Assembly: GCA_051294375.1 (NCBI GenBank)
Contig: CM119264.1
Location: 3,019,575 to 3,083,574 of the forward strand
Reading direction: 5' to 3'
Source: Paraspadella gotoi
Lineage: Eukaryota > Animalia > Chaetognatha
DNA: 64,000 bases
The notes beneath the pieces are model-generated. The model saw only the letters and a list, made by a program, of their open reading frames with translations, made no database searches and was not told the origin of the DNA. Below, piece after piece: positions 39,201 through 51,700 of this stretch (its first letter is position 1; the number at the start of each line of letters is the position of its first letter). The translations under genes were made by a program, and so were the position numbers.

Positions 39201-40969
39201 TAATCTTCTTTTTGAATATTAGAATATCTCATATCTATTACAGCAGTATCATTTAATTTTATGTATATTGACCTCTATCCGCCCCAACAGCCATTTATTC
39301 ATTTATTCCTGTATTCATTTCCATTCTTTACGCTATCCCTCTTATCAATCACTCTATTCATCCATCATTCATTACCCTTCCAGTTCCGTTTTTCCCTCCA
39401 TATCATTCTGTCCCTCCATTGCTCTATCCATCCATTCCCATTTACTTCAGATTGCCCTCTCTAACAAATTCTCCGATGAGTCTCTTGCGACGATGGCGAA
39501 TATTCAGAGCGCCGGCCGCGAACGCCGATGTTCCTCCTGCACATCGCGGGCTACTCTGCAAAGCAGGCGTGCCACTGTGCCCGATCCCTCCAAGCGGGGA
39601 CGTGCCAAGGTATCGCTATTCTATGCTTTTTTTCTGGGTGCATAGGGGGCGGAGCATCTCCTTGCCCGAGTGGACCAGTCTCTCTCTGTTACGTATGTAT
39701 GATTATGTAAGTAAATAAACATTGACATCTCCCATTTTTGATCAGCCCTGCCCGTCGGGAACGTACGCCCCTTCCACCGCCTCCGCTACCTGCTCTCCCT
39801 GCCTCAAGAATCATCGCTGCCCCGAGGAAGGCACGGCGACCCCCACGGAATGCCCCGCGGGCACCTACAGCCCCGACGGTGCGATGGGCTGCGATGTTTG
39901 TCCTTTGGGCAGCGAATGTCCGGGGGCGAGTCCGGAGAGGCCCATCGCTTGCAGCAACGGAACGTATGCGGACAAAAAGGGTGAGAAGATTAAACGTTAG
40001 CAGAAATATTTATTATTTCAAAAGAAATTTGTTTTTATTAGTAGATGAAAATATATCTAACGCCTAATGCAACGAAAATCAAGTAATTACGTTGAATAAA
40101 ATCCAAGAAACAAAAAACTCAGCAGAACATTCGAGCAGATTGCGATGGCAAAGAATATGTACAATATCCTCCTCTTCCTCTCACCCTCCTCTTCCTCTTC
40201 CTCCTCATCTCTCCTCTTCTCCTCCCCTATCTTCTTTCCCCCTTCTCTTCCTGCTTCCCCATCCTCTTCCTCTTTTCCTCTGTCCTCTTTCCTCTCCGTC
40301 CTTTCTTCTCCGCCTTTCTTCCTTTTCCCCCTCCGCTTTCCTTCCTCATCTTCTCCTCTTACTTCTTTCGCACCTCCTACCTTCTTCTTCCCCCTATCTT
40401 TTTTCCCCGCTCCTCCTCCTTCCTTCCTTTCCCTTTACTTCTTATCCCCTCCTCTTCTTCTCCTCCTATTTCTCTTCCCCTCCTCGTTATATCTCCTCCT
40501 CCTGTTCTCTTTCCCACTCATCTTCCTCTTGCGGATTACTCTTCCCCTCCTCTCTCTCCTCCTATTAGTTCCCCTCCTCTTCCCCCTCCCCTCCTTTCTC
40601 TCCTCTTCCTTATTCCTTCTTTTTCCTCCCGTATCATACCTTCTCTTCCCTATTAATCCATACCCCCTCGCTCTTCTACCTCTCTCTTCTTTCATCCTCC
40701 ATTACCTCCTCCACCTCCTGCCCCCCCCTTCTCCCAAGGCCTTACCTCGTGCCAACCCTGCTCTGCGGGTCACACCTGTACTTCTTCCTCCACGACGCCG
40801 TGCTCGGCGGGAACGGCGTCATCGACCGGCGACGCTGCCTGCCATCCTTGCGACGCCGGCGCCTTCGCGGCCGAAGATGGCGCCGCCGCCTGCGTGGATT
40901 GTCCGATGGGGTTCGGCTGCGGGGAGAAGAACAAGTCGCCCGTCGGGTGAGTTTATTATTGGAGGTATT

Positions 40970-41056
<87 letters not shown>

Positions 41057-41828
41057 CTCTTTCTTTCTCTCTTTCAATTTATCCTTCTATAGATGTATCT
41101 TTCTTTCTTCCCCTTTTAGTTTCGTTATTTTTTTCTGTCTTGTTTTTTATTTCATCCTTCCGTTCGTTTCTTAGTTCATTCATTCATTCATTCATTCATT
41201 CATTCATTCATTCATTCATTCATTCATTCCATTAATTCTTTTTTACCTTTTTTCATTTTTTCTTTTGTTCCTTCCTTCGTTCATTCGATCTTTCGTCTGT
41301 CACTTTGACCCAACTTTTTACTTTTTTCCTTTCCCTCTCCCTTCCTCTCCCCTCGCCCTGACCTCCCCTCCTTTTCCTTTCTTCCTCTCGCCTCTCCCCT
41401 CCTCTCCCCTCGCCTTTACCCCCCTCCTTTCCTTTTTTCCTTTCATCCCTTTCTTTCCCTCGGCCCTTACCTCCCCTCCTTTCCTATTTTCCTCTCCCTC
41501 ACCTTTCTTTCCCCTCGCCCTTACCTTCCCTCCTTTCCTTTCTTCCTTTCATTCCCCTTCCCGCTCCATTAATTTCTCTCCTCGGGGCGGCGTCGGCTGT
41601 CGGATGCGTCACCGTGTTTTAATGGATACTGGTTGCTAGGGACTCACCTTACGATAACATCGGGTCTCTCGGTGCGTCCGTCTGTCTGGATGTCAGGTTG
41701 ACTGTCTGTTTTGGATGTCTTTCTTTCCATTTGTCTCGGTCTCTGTGTCTTTCTGCTAAATTATCTTTCTGTCTCCCGCATTTCCCATTTGTCTGTCGTC
41801 TGTCTTTCCGCCCTTCCTCAGTCCCCAC

Positions 41829-41863
<35 letters not shown>

Positions 41864-44800
41864 CTCTCTTCTTCTCTCTTCTTCTCTCTCCTCTCTCTTC
41901 TCTCTCTCTCATCTCTCTCTCTCTCTCTCTCTCTCTCTGTCCCTCTGTCTGTCTGTGGGCCTATCCGTCTGTCTCGATCTGTCTTTAGGCGTTTGGCAGT
42001 CGAGTGTGTCGACCTTGAGAGTTGATCTGGTTGTAAAGATGAGGTCGAATGTCCTTTCAGGCAGCTCAACTTAATATTTAAAATATATATAAAATTGAGG
42101 AAATAATAATAAGAATAATATTAAATATCGGACATGTTTCGACTCTTATCTTGAGCCTTCATCAGCGGAAAAACTTTGCCGTTGCCAAAACCAAAAAAAA
42201 ATTGTTTCCTCAATTTGAATCAAACGCAACGAAACCGAAAGGAATTCACATAATGTCTACCAATCAAAATTTATATCTAATATAAAATTTTAAAAAATAG
42301 AGGATTTAGTGCTTCCTTACTTCCTATTATGAAAATGTCAAAAATCACAGACGATCGCTAATGTTAATATACTCAAATATACCCTCTTATACGTACAGTA
42401 GATTAAATACATGACCAATTCTGGGCGACATTGAATATTTTCACCGTTTAATTCTATTATATTCTTAAAAACGACTTTTAACCTATTATAATATACTTCG
42501 CTTTTAAAAAAAACCTTTCGCCATCAAAGGGAAAATATAATTCTTTTCTCTCTCTTATTTTTATTTCTCATCTCATTACCTTCGTTCGACTCCGCGCATC
42601 GATAACTTTTTTTCCAGGGTTTTTTTCTTTTCATGTCTGACCGCGAACTCGATTCTTGTCTGACCGCTCTGCCGCCGCCGCCGCCGCCGCCGCCGCCGCT
42701 AGACTTATCATTCTATTTTCCGATCCATCGCCCTTTTCCTTTATCACTCCTGTGACCACTCGACCACTCCTTAGTTTCTGTCTGCCCTGTAAACACCCCA
42801 TTGCTCCTCCGTCATTACTCCTACCGCTCCATCGCTTTCCACCTCATTATATCTCTTCTTACTCCACCGCCCCATTTCTCCATTACTCCTATGACCGCTC
42901 CTTTGTTTCCTTTATCACTCCTGTGACCACTCAACCACCCAGCTCCATCGCTTTCCGCCTCATTATATCTCTTCTTACTCCACCGCCCCATTTCTCCATT
43001 ACTCCTATGACCGCTCCTTTGTTTCCTTTATCACTCCTGTGACCACTCAACCACCCCTTAGTTTCTGTCTGCCATGTAAACACCCCATTGCTCCTCCGTC
43101 ATTACTCCTACCGCTCCATCGCTTTCCGCCTCATTATATCTCTTCTTACACCACCGCCCCATTTCTCCATTACTCCTATGACCGCTCCTTTGTTTCCTTT
43201 ATCACTCCTGTGACCACTCGACCATCCCTTAGTTTCTGTCTGCCCTGTAAACACCCCACTGCTCCTCCGTCATTACTCCTACCGCTCCATCGCCTTCCGC
43301 CTCATTATATCTCTTCTTACTCCACCGCCCCATTTCTCCATTACTCCTATGACCGCTCCTTTGTTCTCTTACTTGATCATCGATATCCTTTCTTTCATCA
43401 TCTTGAGTCTTTATTTCTTTGTCTCTTCGATTTTTTTTCGCCAAAATTTATATTTTATCTGCTGAACATAACAGTTATAACAGTTATAACAGTTATCCAT
43501 TCATTAACTAACTAACTATGATAGCAAGCTTTCAATCTTTCAAAGTCTAGTTTATTCATTTCCGGAGTATCTATTTCTGTAAGAGATACATTCTTAGAAT
43601 AATACTAAATGAGATTGAGATTTCATCAATCTCATTTGCATATAGTAGTAAATCATTTTAAGTGCAATTGATTTTTGTACTGTAATATTTTTAGGCATAT
43701 ATTTGAATTTTACATTACTTTTCTATATTGTTTAGTAGTTTAATTGATTCGTAGATAATTTTGTGATAATTTGATAGATTAATTTATGTCATTAATGATT
43801 GAGAGTTTATCTCTATCCTGGCTGACCTTTTCATAACTCATAAATACTTTATTATTCAAAGGTGAAATCAATGGTCAGCTTGGATCAAGGGAACTACTCT
43901 CATGTTAGAGTCCCATATCTCTGAGGTTCTTGCTCAATGTATTAAGTGTTGAATAGTTGTATTAAATAAACAATAATTATAAATAAATTATGTTTCTATT
44001 TGTATTTAGTTATTTAGCTATTGTAATAATTCTCAGGTAAACTAGAAAGGCAGCGCGAGCACTATCACTGAAGATATAAGTAACATAAGTAATATAATAT
44101 TTAATTCATAACCTGAGTCCCACTCCTACATTTCTATTAATAAATTGATGTGATATATTATTAATTGTTTCAATTGTAAGTAAGTTCATTCACTCTAACT
44201 TTTCCTCTATTCGCCTTAAATAATTAACTTCCCTTCATGTTCTTCCCTGCCTTCCCTTCTCCCCTCCCTTCCCCCTTCCTCTCCCTCTGCCTCCCCCCTT
44301 CCTCCATTTTCTCCCTCCCCCTTCCTCTCCTCTCCCTCCCCCCTTCCTCCCTCTCCCCCCTTCCTCCTTCCACCTTCCTCCAGTTGCCCCACAGGAACCA
44401 TCGCCGCCACACCCAAGCAAATCTCCTGCACGAGGTGCGAGGTCGGGAAAATCCCGAACGAGGCATCGACGGCCTGCTTGGAGTGTCCGGCCGGAAAGGC
44501 GTGCCCGACGCCGGAAGTCGAGCCGACGAATTGTCCGGTCGGGACGTACAGTCTGGAAGGAGACCCGGATTGTTCTATCTGTCCCGGAGGTGAGGTTTTT
44601 GGGCCGAGGCTAATATTTGGGGGCGTAGAACAAAACAAAAAAAAAAAACCAGAAAAACAAATCAGAAAACTCAACCGAGACACAAAAAACAAAACGAAGT
44701 TAAAAGAAAAAAAAAAAGGGGGGGAAATGTTTTCGTTTGACTTTTTGTTCCGACTGATTTAGTCGAAGAAATTGTGAAGGGAAGATTGAGTTCAAATTCT

Positions 44801-45722
44801 GGCGCCAGTTATTTCGTCCAATGGGAATCGAGAAAAAGAAATAAAAAGTATTGGAAATAACGAAAATACAGAAAATACGTACAAAAAATTGATAAGAATT
44901 AATAAGAGATATGGATAAATAAGTAATAGAATAGAAAGAAAAAAATATGCTTCTTCGGTTTCAATATTTTCTTTATAAGGCCATGAACATTAATTAATTT
45001 ACTCTCTCTCAAAAAAAAAAACAAAAAAAAACAAACTTTCTGATCGCAAATGCAAACCCGTTTATCAAGAGCCTATTAAATTTCTACTATCAAATTTTTT
45101 TTTGTTGCCAAAACTTATAAACGAAATTAAGTTCAAACTAAACATAAAGATTAAAACACTTTTCACTTTCTATTATTCACGGACTTACTTTCTCGCAACA
45201 TGCCCCCACGTCCGTCTCACCCCAAATTCCAACCCTGCCCCTTTTAGGCTTCAAATGCTCCTCGACCTCTCTGCTCCCCACGCCTTGCGACAACGGCGAG
45301 ATTTCTCCGAACGGCAGCGTCGCTTGCGAGGCGTGCCCGACGGGCTATCGATGCCCCTTCCCTCACGCAACGCCCATTCAATGCGTTGCCGGAGAGTACA
45401 GTGACGAAAAAGGTTGGTATACCTTTAATTTAGTTGTTTAAGTTAATTAAAAAAAATTAAGTTTTTTACATTACTTTTTAAAAATAAAACAATTCGACTC
45501 TACCATTTTTCCATACTTTTAAGCTACTATGTTCGTCCACACTACCACCTTTTTTCCCGCTTTGAAAATGTCTTTCCTTTTCTTCATTGGAAAATATATT
45601 GTTAAAACAACTAGTAGAAAACAATTCCATTTGATTTAATACATTTTTTTTTATTCGTTTCGCTGAATAACCGAGAGAGCGGACTTTTGATTGGCCCCTC
45701 GAGAGCCCTCTCGCGGTCTGCC

Positions 45723-45769
<47 letters not shown>

Positions 45770-48700
45770 TTCCCTTTTATCTTCGTCGTAACAGTTAGCG
45801 GTTAGTTTCTTGACTCTTGCTTTCCCTATCTCTTTACCTTTTGACCCTTAGTTTCCATGCCACGATTTAAACCTTTAATTTCCATGCCTCCTTTTTTGCC
45901 TTTCATTTCCATGCGCCGATTTTGACCATTCATGTCCATGCCTCGGTTTTGACCCTTCATTTCCATGCCTCTTTTTTTGCCTTTCATTTATAATTCTATA
46001 CCTCCATTTCTTTTCCATGTGAAGGATTGTCTAAAATCTTTAACAGCCACTTCCTGCACGACATGCCCGTCCGGCTCCTACTGCCCGCTCGGATCGGCGA
46101 GACCCACATCATGCCCGACGGGCTTTTTCGCGGGCGAGGGTCGGACGGAATGCAAGCCTTGCGGAGCGGGAAAATATTGCGACAAGACCAAAGAAATTGA
46201 TTGCTCGTCGGGAAAATATTCGGAGGGCCGGGCAGAGTCGTGCTTGGTAAGTCAATTTAATAAATAAATCAATCAGTCTATAAATAATTCCATCAATTGA
46301 TGGAATAATTAAACAATCTACTCATCAATCAATCCATCACCCATCCCATCAATCAATCAATCAATCGATCGATCGATCGATCAATCAATCAAACAAACAA
46401 TGAACTTTTCTCCAAGCCATGTCCGGACGGTTACAAGTGCGCGTCGGCGTCGGCTCAGCCTGTACGGTGCGGACTGGGCACGTACCGCTTGGGCGAGTCC
46501 TACGGCGACTGTCAGCTGTGTCCGATCGGCTCCTCTTGTCCGACCGCGGATCAGATGCCCGTCGAGTGTCCGCCTGGATTCTATTCGAGCACCAACGGAT
46601 CTCACGATTGCCTCGCTTGTCCTGCGGGTGAGAGAAAGGCAGGGAAGATAACTATAAATCGATAAAGTGTTGTGATAATTATTAGGATAATTTTGATAAT
46701 TGTGAAGATAATGGTAATTTTAATTATAGTGATAATAGTCTAATTGTATGCTTTGTCTGCGATTTTATTTAGTAAGTAGACAGGGATGTCAACGTGAAAC
46801 CAAAGAGGATTTTATTCTGAGATATAAGACAAGCAAAAATTTGAAAAAGAATTTGGTTGTACCGAATGTTTGAGTACATCTCGTTGGAATTCTTAAAATC
46901 TCGGACGAATGAGCCGGAATTGCATTTACAGCCAGGAACCTGTCACTAGTATATTTTATTTTTACTTCATTGAGTTGTAGCAATAAACATTAGTTAACTT
47001 AAGATATAAAAATTATCGAAATGCGTCACTCCTTATTTATAAAATGTTAATCAAACATACAAAACCAAAATATCCAAATAAAATCTAAAAACGTCTTCCC
47101 CGCATAAAAATCAGGCTTCAGCTGTCCGGCCAAAGACGGGAGTCAAAACGAGCCCTGTCCGTCAGGCAGCTACGCTCTGTCCGGATCGGCGCTTTGTACG
47201 CCGTGCGCCGCCGGTAAGGCTTGTCCTTACCGAGACAGGGCCTATCAGATTGACTGCGAACCTGGCACGTACGCTCTAGGTAAGGACGAAGGGGAAAAAG
47301 GGGAGGGAATGTTTTTCTTTTCTCTTTATCTTTTTAACAACAACCACAAAAACAACAACAACAACAACTTCTTTCTCTAACCTCCCCATCCTCCCACCTT
47401 TCGCCCCCCCCCCCGCAGCGGGTTCTGCCTCTTGTCAAGTCTGCCCGGCGGGGTCGGCTTGTCCGCGCCCCGACGGGCTGGGCATCATCCTATGCCCGTT
47501 GGGCACGTTCGCCGTCCCTCAGTCGACCGAGTGCGTTTCCTGCCCCAAGGGATACCACTGCTCCAACACGACACTCGATCTGCAGATTAAGTGTCCATCT
47601 GGGTCGTTTTCAACCGGGGGTCAGGCTGAGTGCACCCAGTGCGCTGCTGGTGAGATTTTGAAGGAGGGAAGAAAGGAAGAAAGGAAGAAAGAAAGAAGAA
47701 AGAAAGAAACAAAATAGAAATAAAGAAAGATAGAAAAAAGGAAAATAAAAAAGGAAAAGATGAAATAGAAAAAAAAAAGAAAGAAAGGAAAAAGATATAA
47801 AAATAGAAAAAAAAAGAAATAAAGAAATCAAAAATAAAACAAGCGATCAAAAAGTTATCTTGCCCTCCAAATCTCAGGCAAATACTGCCCATTCACGACC
47901 CGGGACGAGTCTTACGCCTGCCCGACCGGAAGCTACTCCACCGGCGGGCGGGCAGAGTGCGTCCAGTGCCCACCTGGCTTCGCCTGCCCTAATCCATCCG
48001 TCGCTCAAGAGGTTTATTCTTTGTCATTGTCGTTGTCTTCTGTCATCTACTTTGTTATTGTTTTTATTGACATTGTTTTTGTAATACTAGTAAGTAGTTA
48101 AATACCATTTTTTTTTGTTATCGTCGTCATTTAATTAAGATTAGGTTCTTCTTCTATTCCCCATCTATTCAGATCTCCTGCTTGCCAGGCACCTACTCCC
48201 CAGGTGGCGAGCCGGCTTGTCTTCCATGCCCTCAGGGATCCCACTGCCCCTCGCCGTCCTTCACGCACCTCGAGTGCCCCGTTGGGACCTACAGCCCGGC
48301 CTCGGCGGCCAACTGCAGCCTTTGCGAGGCTGGATTTCGGTAGGAATTGGGAATCTCATTTACTACTCATAACATTTGTATTCATTCTAATATATGTCAT
48401 ATGACATCGATTTCAGAATCGTTCCCTAATTCTAAATTTTAATTACTAGATCCTATATGTTAATTTGTTTGTTTTATTCCTCCATGAAATATTTTATTCA
48501 TTCTATATTCCATAATCCATCTATCAATCAGTCAGTGCTTCCATTCTTCTTTTTGAATATTAGATATCTCATATCTATTACAGAGTATCATTAATTTTAT
48601 GTATATTACCCTATCCGCCCCAACAGCCATTTATTCATTTATTCCTGTATTCATCCATTCTTTACGCTATCCCTCTATCAATCACTCTATTCATCCATTC

Positions 48701-51700
48701 ATTCATGTACCCTTCCATCCGTTTATTCCTCCATATCATTCTGTCCCTCCATTGCTCTATCCATCCATTCCCATTTCTTCAGATGCCCTTCTAACAAATT
48801 CTCCGATCGAGTCTCTTGCGACGATGGCGAATATTCGAGCGCCGGCGCGACGCGATGTTCCTCCTGCAATCGGGGCTACCTCTGCAAAGCGGGTGCCACT
48901 GTGCCCGACCCTCCAAGCGGGGCGTGCCCAAAGGGATCTTGGTGCGATGGGGGCGAAGAGCATCTTTGCCCGAGTGGGACCTTCAACGATGCCGAGAAGG
49001 GCGAGAGTCTTGGTAAGGTGTTGATCGAGAGAGATGGTTTTCAGAGAGATCACAAAACTAGGACTTGCGGAGTGGGCCCGCTAGGGTGGGCCAATTTTGG
49101 CAAATTGAAGGAACGGTGATTCACAATTGTTATCGTTTTTATGTTAAAAGTTCAAGTCCCCTCGAGTAATGAATTTCACAACTTCTTTACTTTTAACCTC
49201 TTCTCATATTTTCAGCGACAGCGTGCCACCCATGTCCAGCCGGCTTCTACTGTCATAACAAAGGAATGGTTAATTTCAATGACAAAAAATGCTGGAAAAA
49301 TCGATATTGCCCTATTGGAACTTCGCAAGAGGGGGGAATACCTTGCCCGGGTAAATCCATAAATGGTATTTTGTTTGTAAACATTTCAATTTGATTTTAA
49401 ATTTTAGATCAAGGACAAAAACTATACACCAATACATAAAGTGAAGGGCTTTTTAATCAAAAAGCTTTGCAGTAAAATTGAAATAAAAAAAATTTTTTTT
49501 AATACTTTAATGTGAAGCATGATTTCTCATATTTAATTGGATAATAGGTGGAACTGAACATTCATTGGAGAATCAAACTGATGTAACGTCTTGTCAACGC
49601 TGCCCAGCTGGTCATTATTGTCCAGAAGGCGATGATCTTCGGCCTATAATCTGCAATCAAGGATTTTTTTGTGTTTCTGGCCAAACATCAGGATTTCAAA
49701 ATCCTTGTCCACCTGGTAACCAGCAATGAATGTCGGTAGTATTCCAAAGCTTTAGTTGCTCAATCCAACCTGCAAAAAAACAGTTTGTGCCTCATACATA
49801 TGCTAGTAAAATGGTTGGGTTCGAGCCAAATCCTCAGTCATGAACAGGTGGTAATTTGTCTGGCCTGTGTGTCACTGTGGGACAGTCATTCACATTATAC
49901 ATTTGACCTCTTAATGAAAACAAGTGTCCCCATTTAAGTAATTATTAGGTTTATATGTATACCCCGTGAGCCAGAACGGATAGCACAAAGTAAAAATTTA
50001 TTACTCCGAAACTACTTAATAAAAGTTAATTTATTATATGTCATTTGATAGAAAAGTCCTTGACGTTTTTAAACAGCACCATATTCATGCAAAACTGACT
50101 TATGCTCATAATGTTCTCCCTTTGTAAGAGGCAAAAATTTGATTCCTAAAATTCATAAGGATAGAGAAAAAAAAGTTGCCAGTAATCTGCTGCATATTTG
50201 CTTCTACAATCTGATTCAGCGCAGTTAACGACTAGCGGTTTTGCCAACACATCTAATTAATGTTACCCCCGTACCAAAAATGAAATAAAGATGTCTAGGC
50301 TTAATGAGAGCTCGTGAAAAGGTGAGTTATGCAGAATTTGTTGTTGTTGAGAAGGTTGTTCCATTTGTTGTGAATCATCTTGGTGTACCATCTTGCCACA
50401 ACCATCTTTTTAGTGTAAAGATGGTTCGTTCAGCCTCTGGTCACCTCTGGTCAGCCTCTGGTCAGCCCTGCTCCTCCAACTTCTGACACTTAGGAGTCTC
50501 TGGTTATCCTGGGTGAACATTTCTACACGCTGGTGGTTTTTTTTCACCAACTGATTGGATTTGTTGAAACAGAATGCATAAATTGCCTGATCATAGGCAG
50601 ATAAAACCTTTTACTTTAGAACTTAGTGTTTCTGGTTCCCATTAATGAATATGTTCAACTTCTGATAAAATTTTCCTCCCATCTTGGATGCTGAATGGCA
50701 TGTAAACGCCACGCGGAATTTTTGGTGAAAGATTCAAACTGACGATTTTGAGATTTCAATATGCTTCATAAAATTTCAATTTCACATAGTAAACAGAAGG
50801 TTAGTAAATTGAAATTGATACACATAAAACGTCAATGACTTTTCTACCAAATAAAACAATCAGGGTGAATATACCTTAATACATAGAAGAATGACAGCGA
50901 TTTTATTAGTGCCATCCGTTCTGGCTCACGGGGTAATTAACATAAATATTTAATTAACAGAGATGATTGAATTTTGAAACTATCTTCATTGTTCCCTATT
51001 TATTAACATCAATTTTAGGAACATTTGGAGATGGTGAAGGTTTTGAATCAAAGGATGATTGCAGACCCTGTCCAGCAGGGGCATATTGCCCTGGAGGCAA
51101 TGAAGGAGATCCAACTGTGAGCCCTATTCCATGCCCTTCTGGATCGTACAATCCCTTAAATAAAACTTCAGAATTGGTCAATTGTATTCCCTGTCCAGCC
51201 GGTGAGACCATTTTGCTAAAATTCTTCCAGTTTTTAACGTGTTAGATTTAAAAAAAATTTTCTTTTAAGGATATTCTTGTCCCCAAATTGGCTTAACCGT
51301 TGGAACAGGATTTAATTGCACAGAAGGTTATTACTGTCCCATGGGAACTAAGGTAGCCAATCAATATCCTTGTCCCCCTGGTTCATACACTGGTGAAACA
51401 AATTTGAAAAGCGTTGATGAATGTTCTATTTGTCCAAAAAGATACTACTGTGAAGAGGGTACAGGAATAAATTTTAATCCAAAAAAACCGTGTAAGGCAG
51501 GATTTTATTGTCCAGAAGGAACACCAATTGGAAACAAATTTCCATGCCCTTCAGGAACTTATTCTAACTCTTCCAGTTTGTATTCCGATTCTGAATGCAC
51601 TTATTGTGATCCTGGGTATTACTGTTTTGAAGGAGAAAGCTCTCCATCTGGAGTTTGTCCACCAGGGTATTATTGTCCATCAAAGACACGCTTTCCTTCC

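Noticed and set aside
3260-39680. Frameshifted gene copies as real pseudogenes
   Set aside because: The error pattern (uniform single-base indels, adjacency to gaps) fits raw long-read sequence better than evolutionary decay.
41632-41644. RFX X-box-like GTTGCTAGGGAC
   Set aside because: Imperfect match deep in an intron, differing between the duplicate copies, with no clear promoter X-box.
24600-44593. Leu/Ser/Pro/Phe- or Glu/Arg-rich ORFs in the ORF track
   Set aside because: They are translations of intronic CT/GA and CTTT low-complexity tracts.
49790-49920. tRNA-derived SINE (GGTTCGAGCC B-box-like motif)
   Set aside because: No convincing A-box, tail or target-site duplication; cannot be supported without a repeat search.
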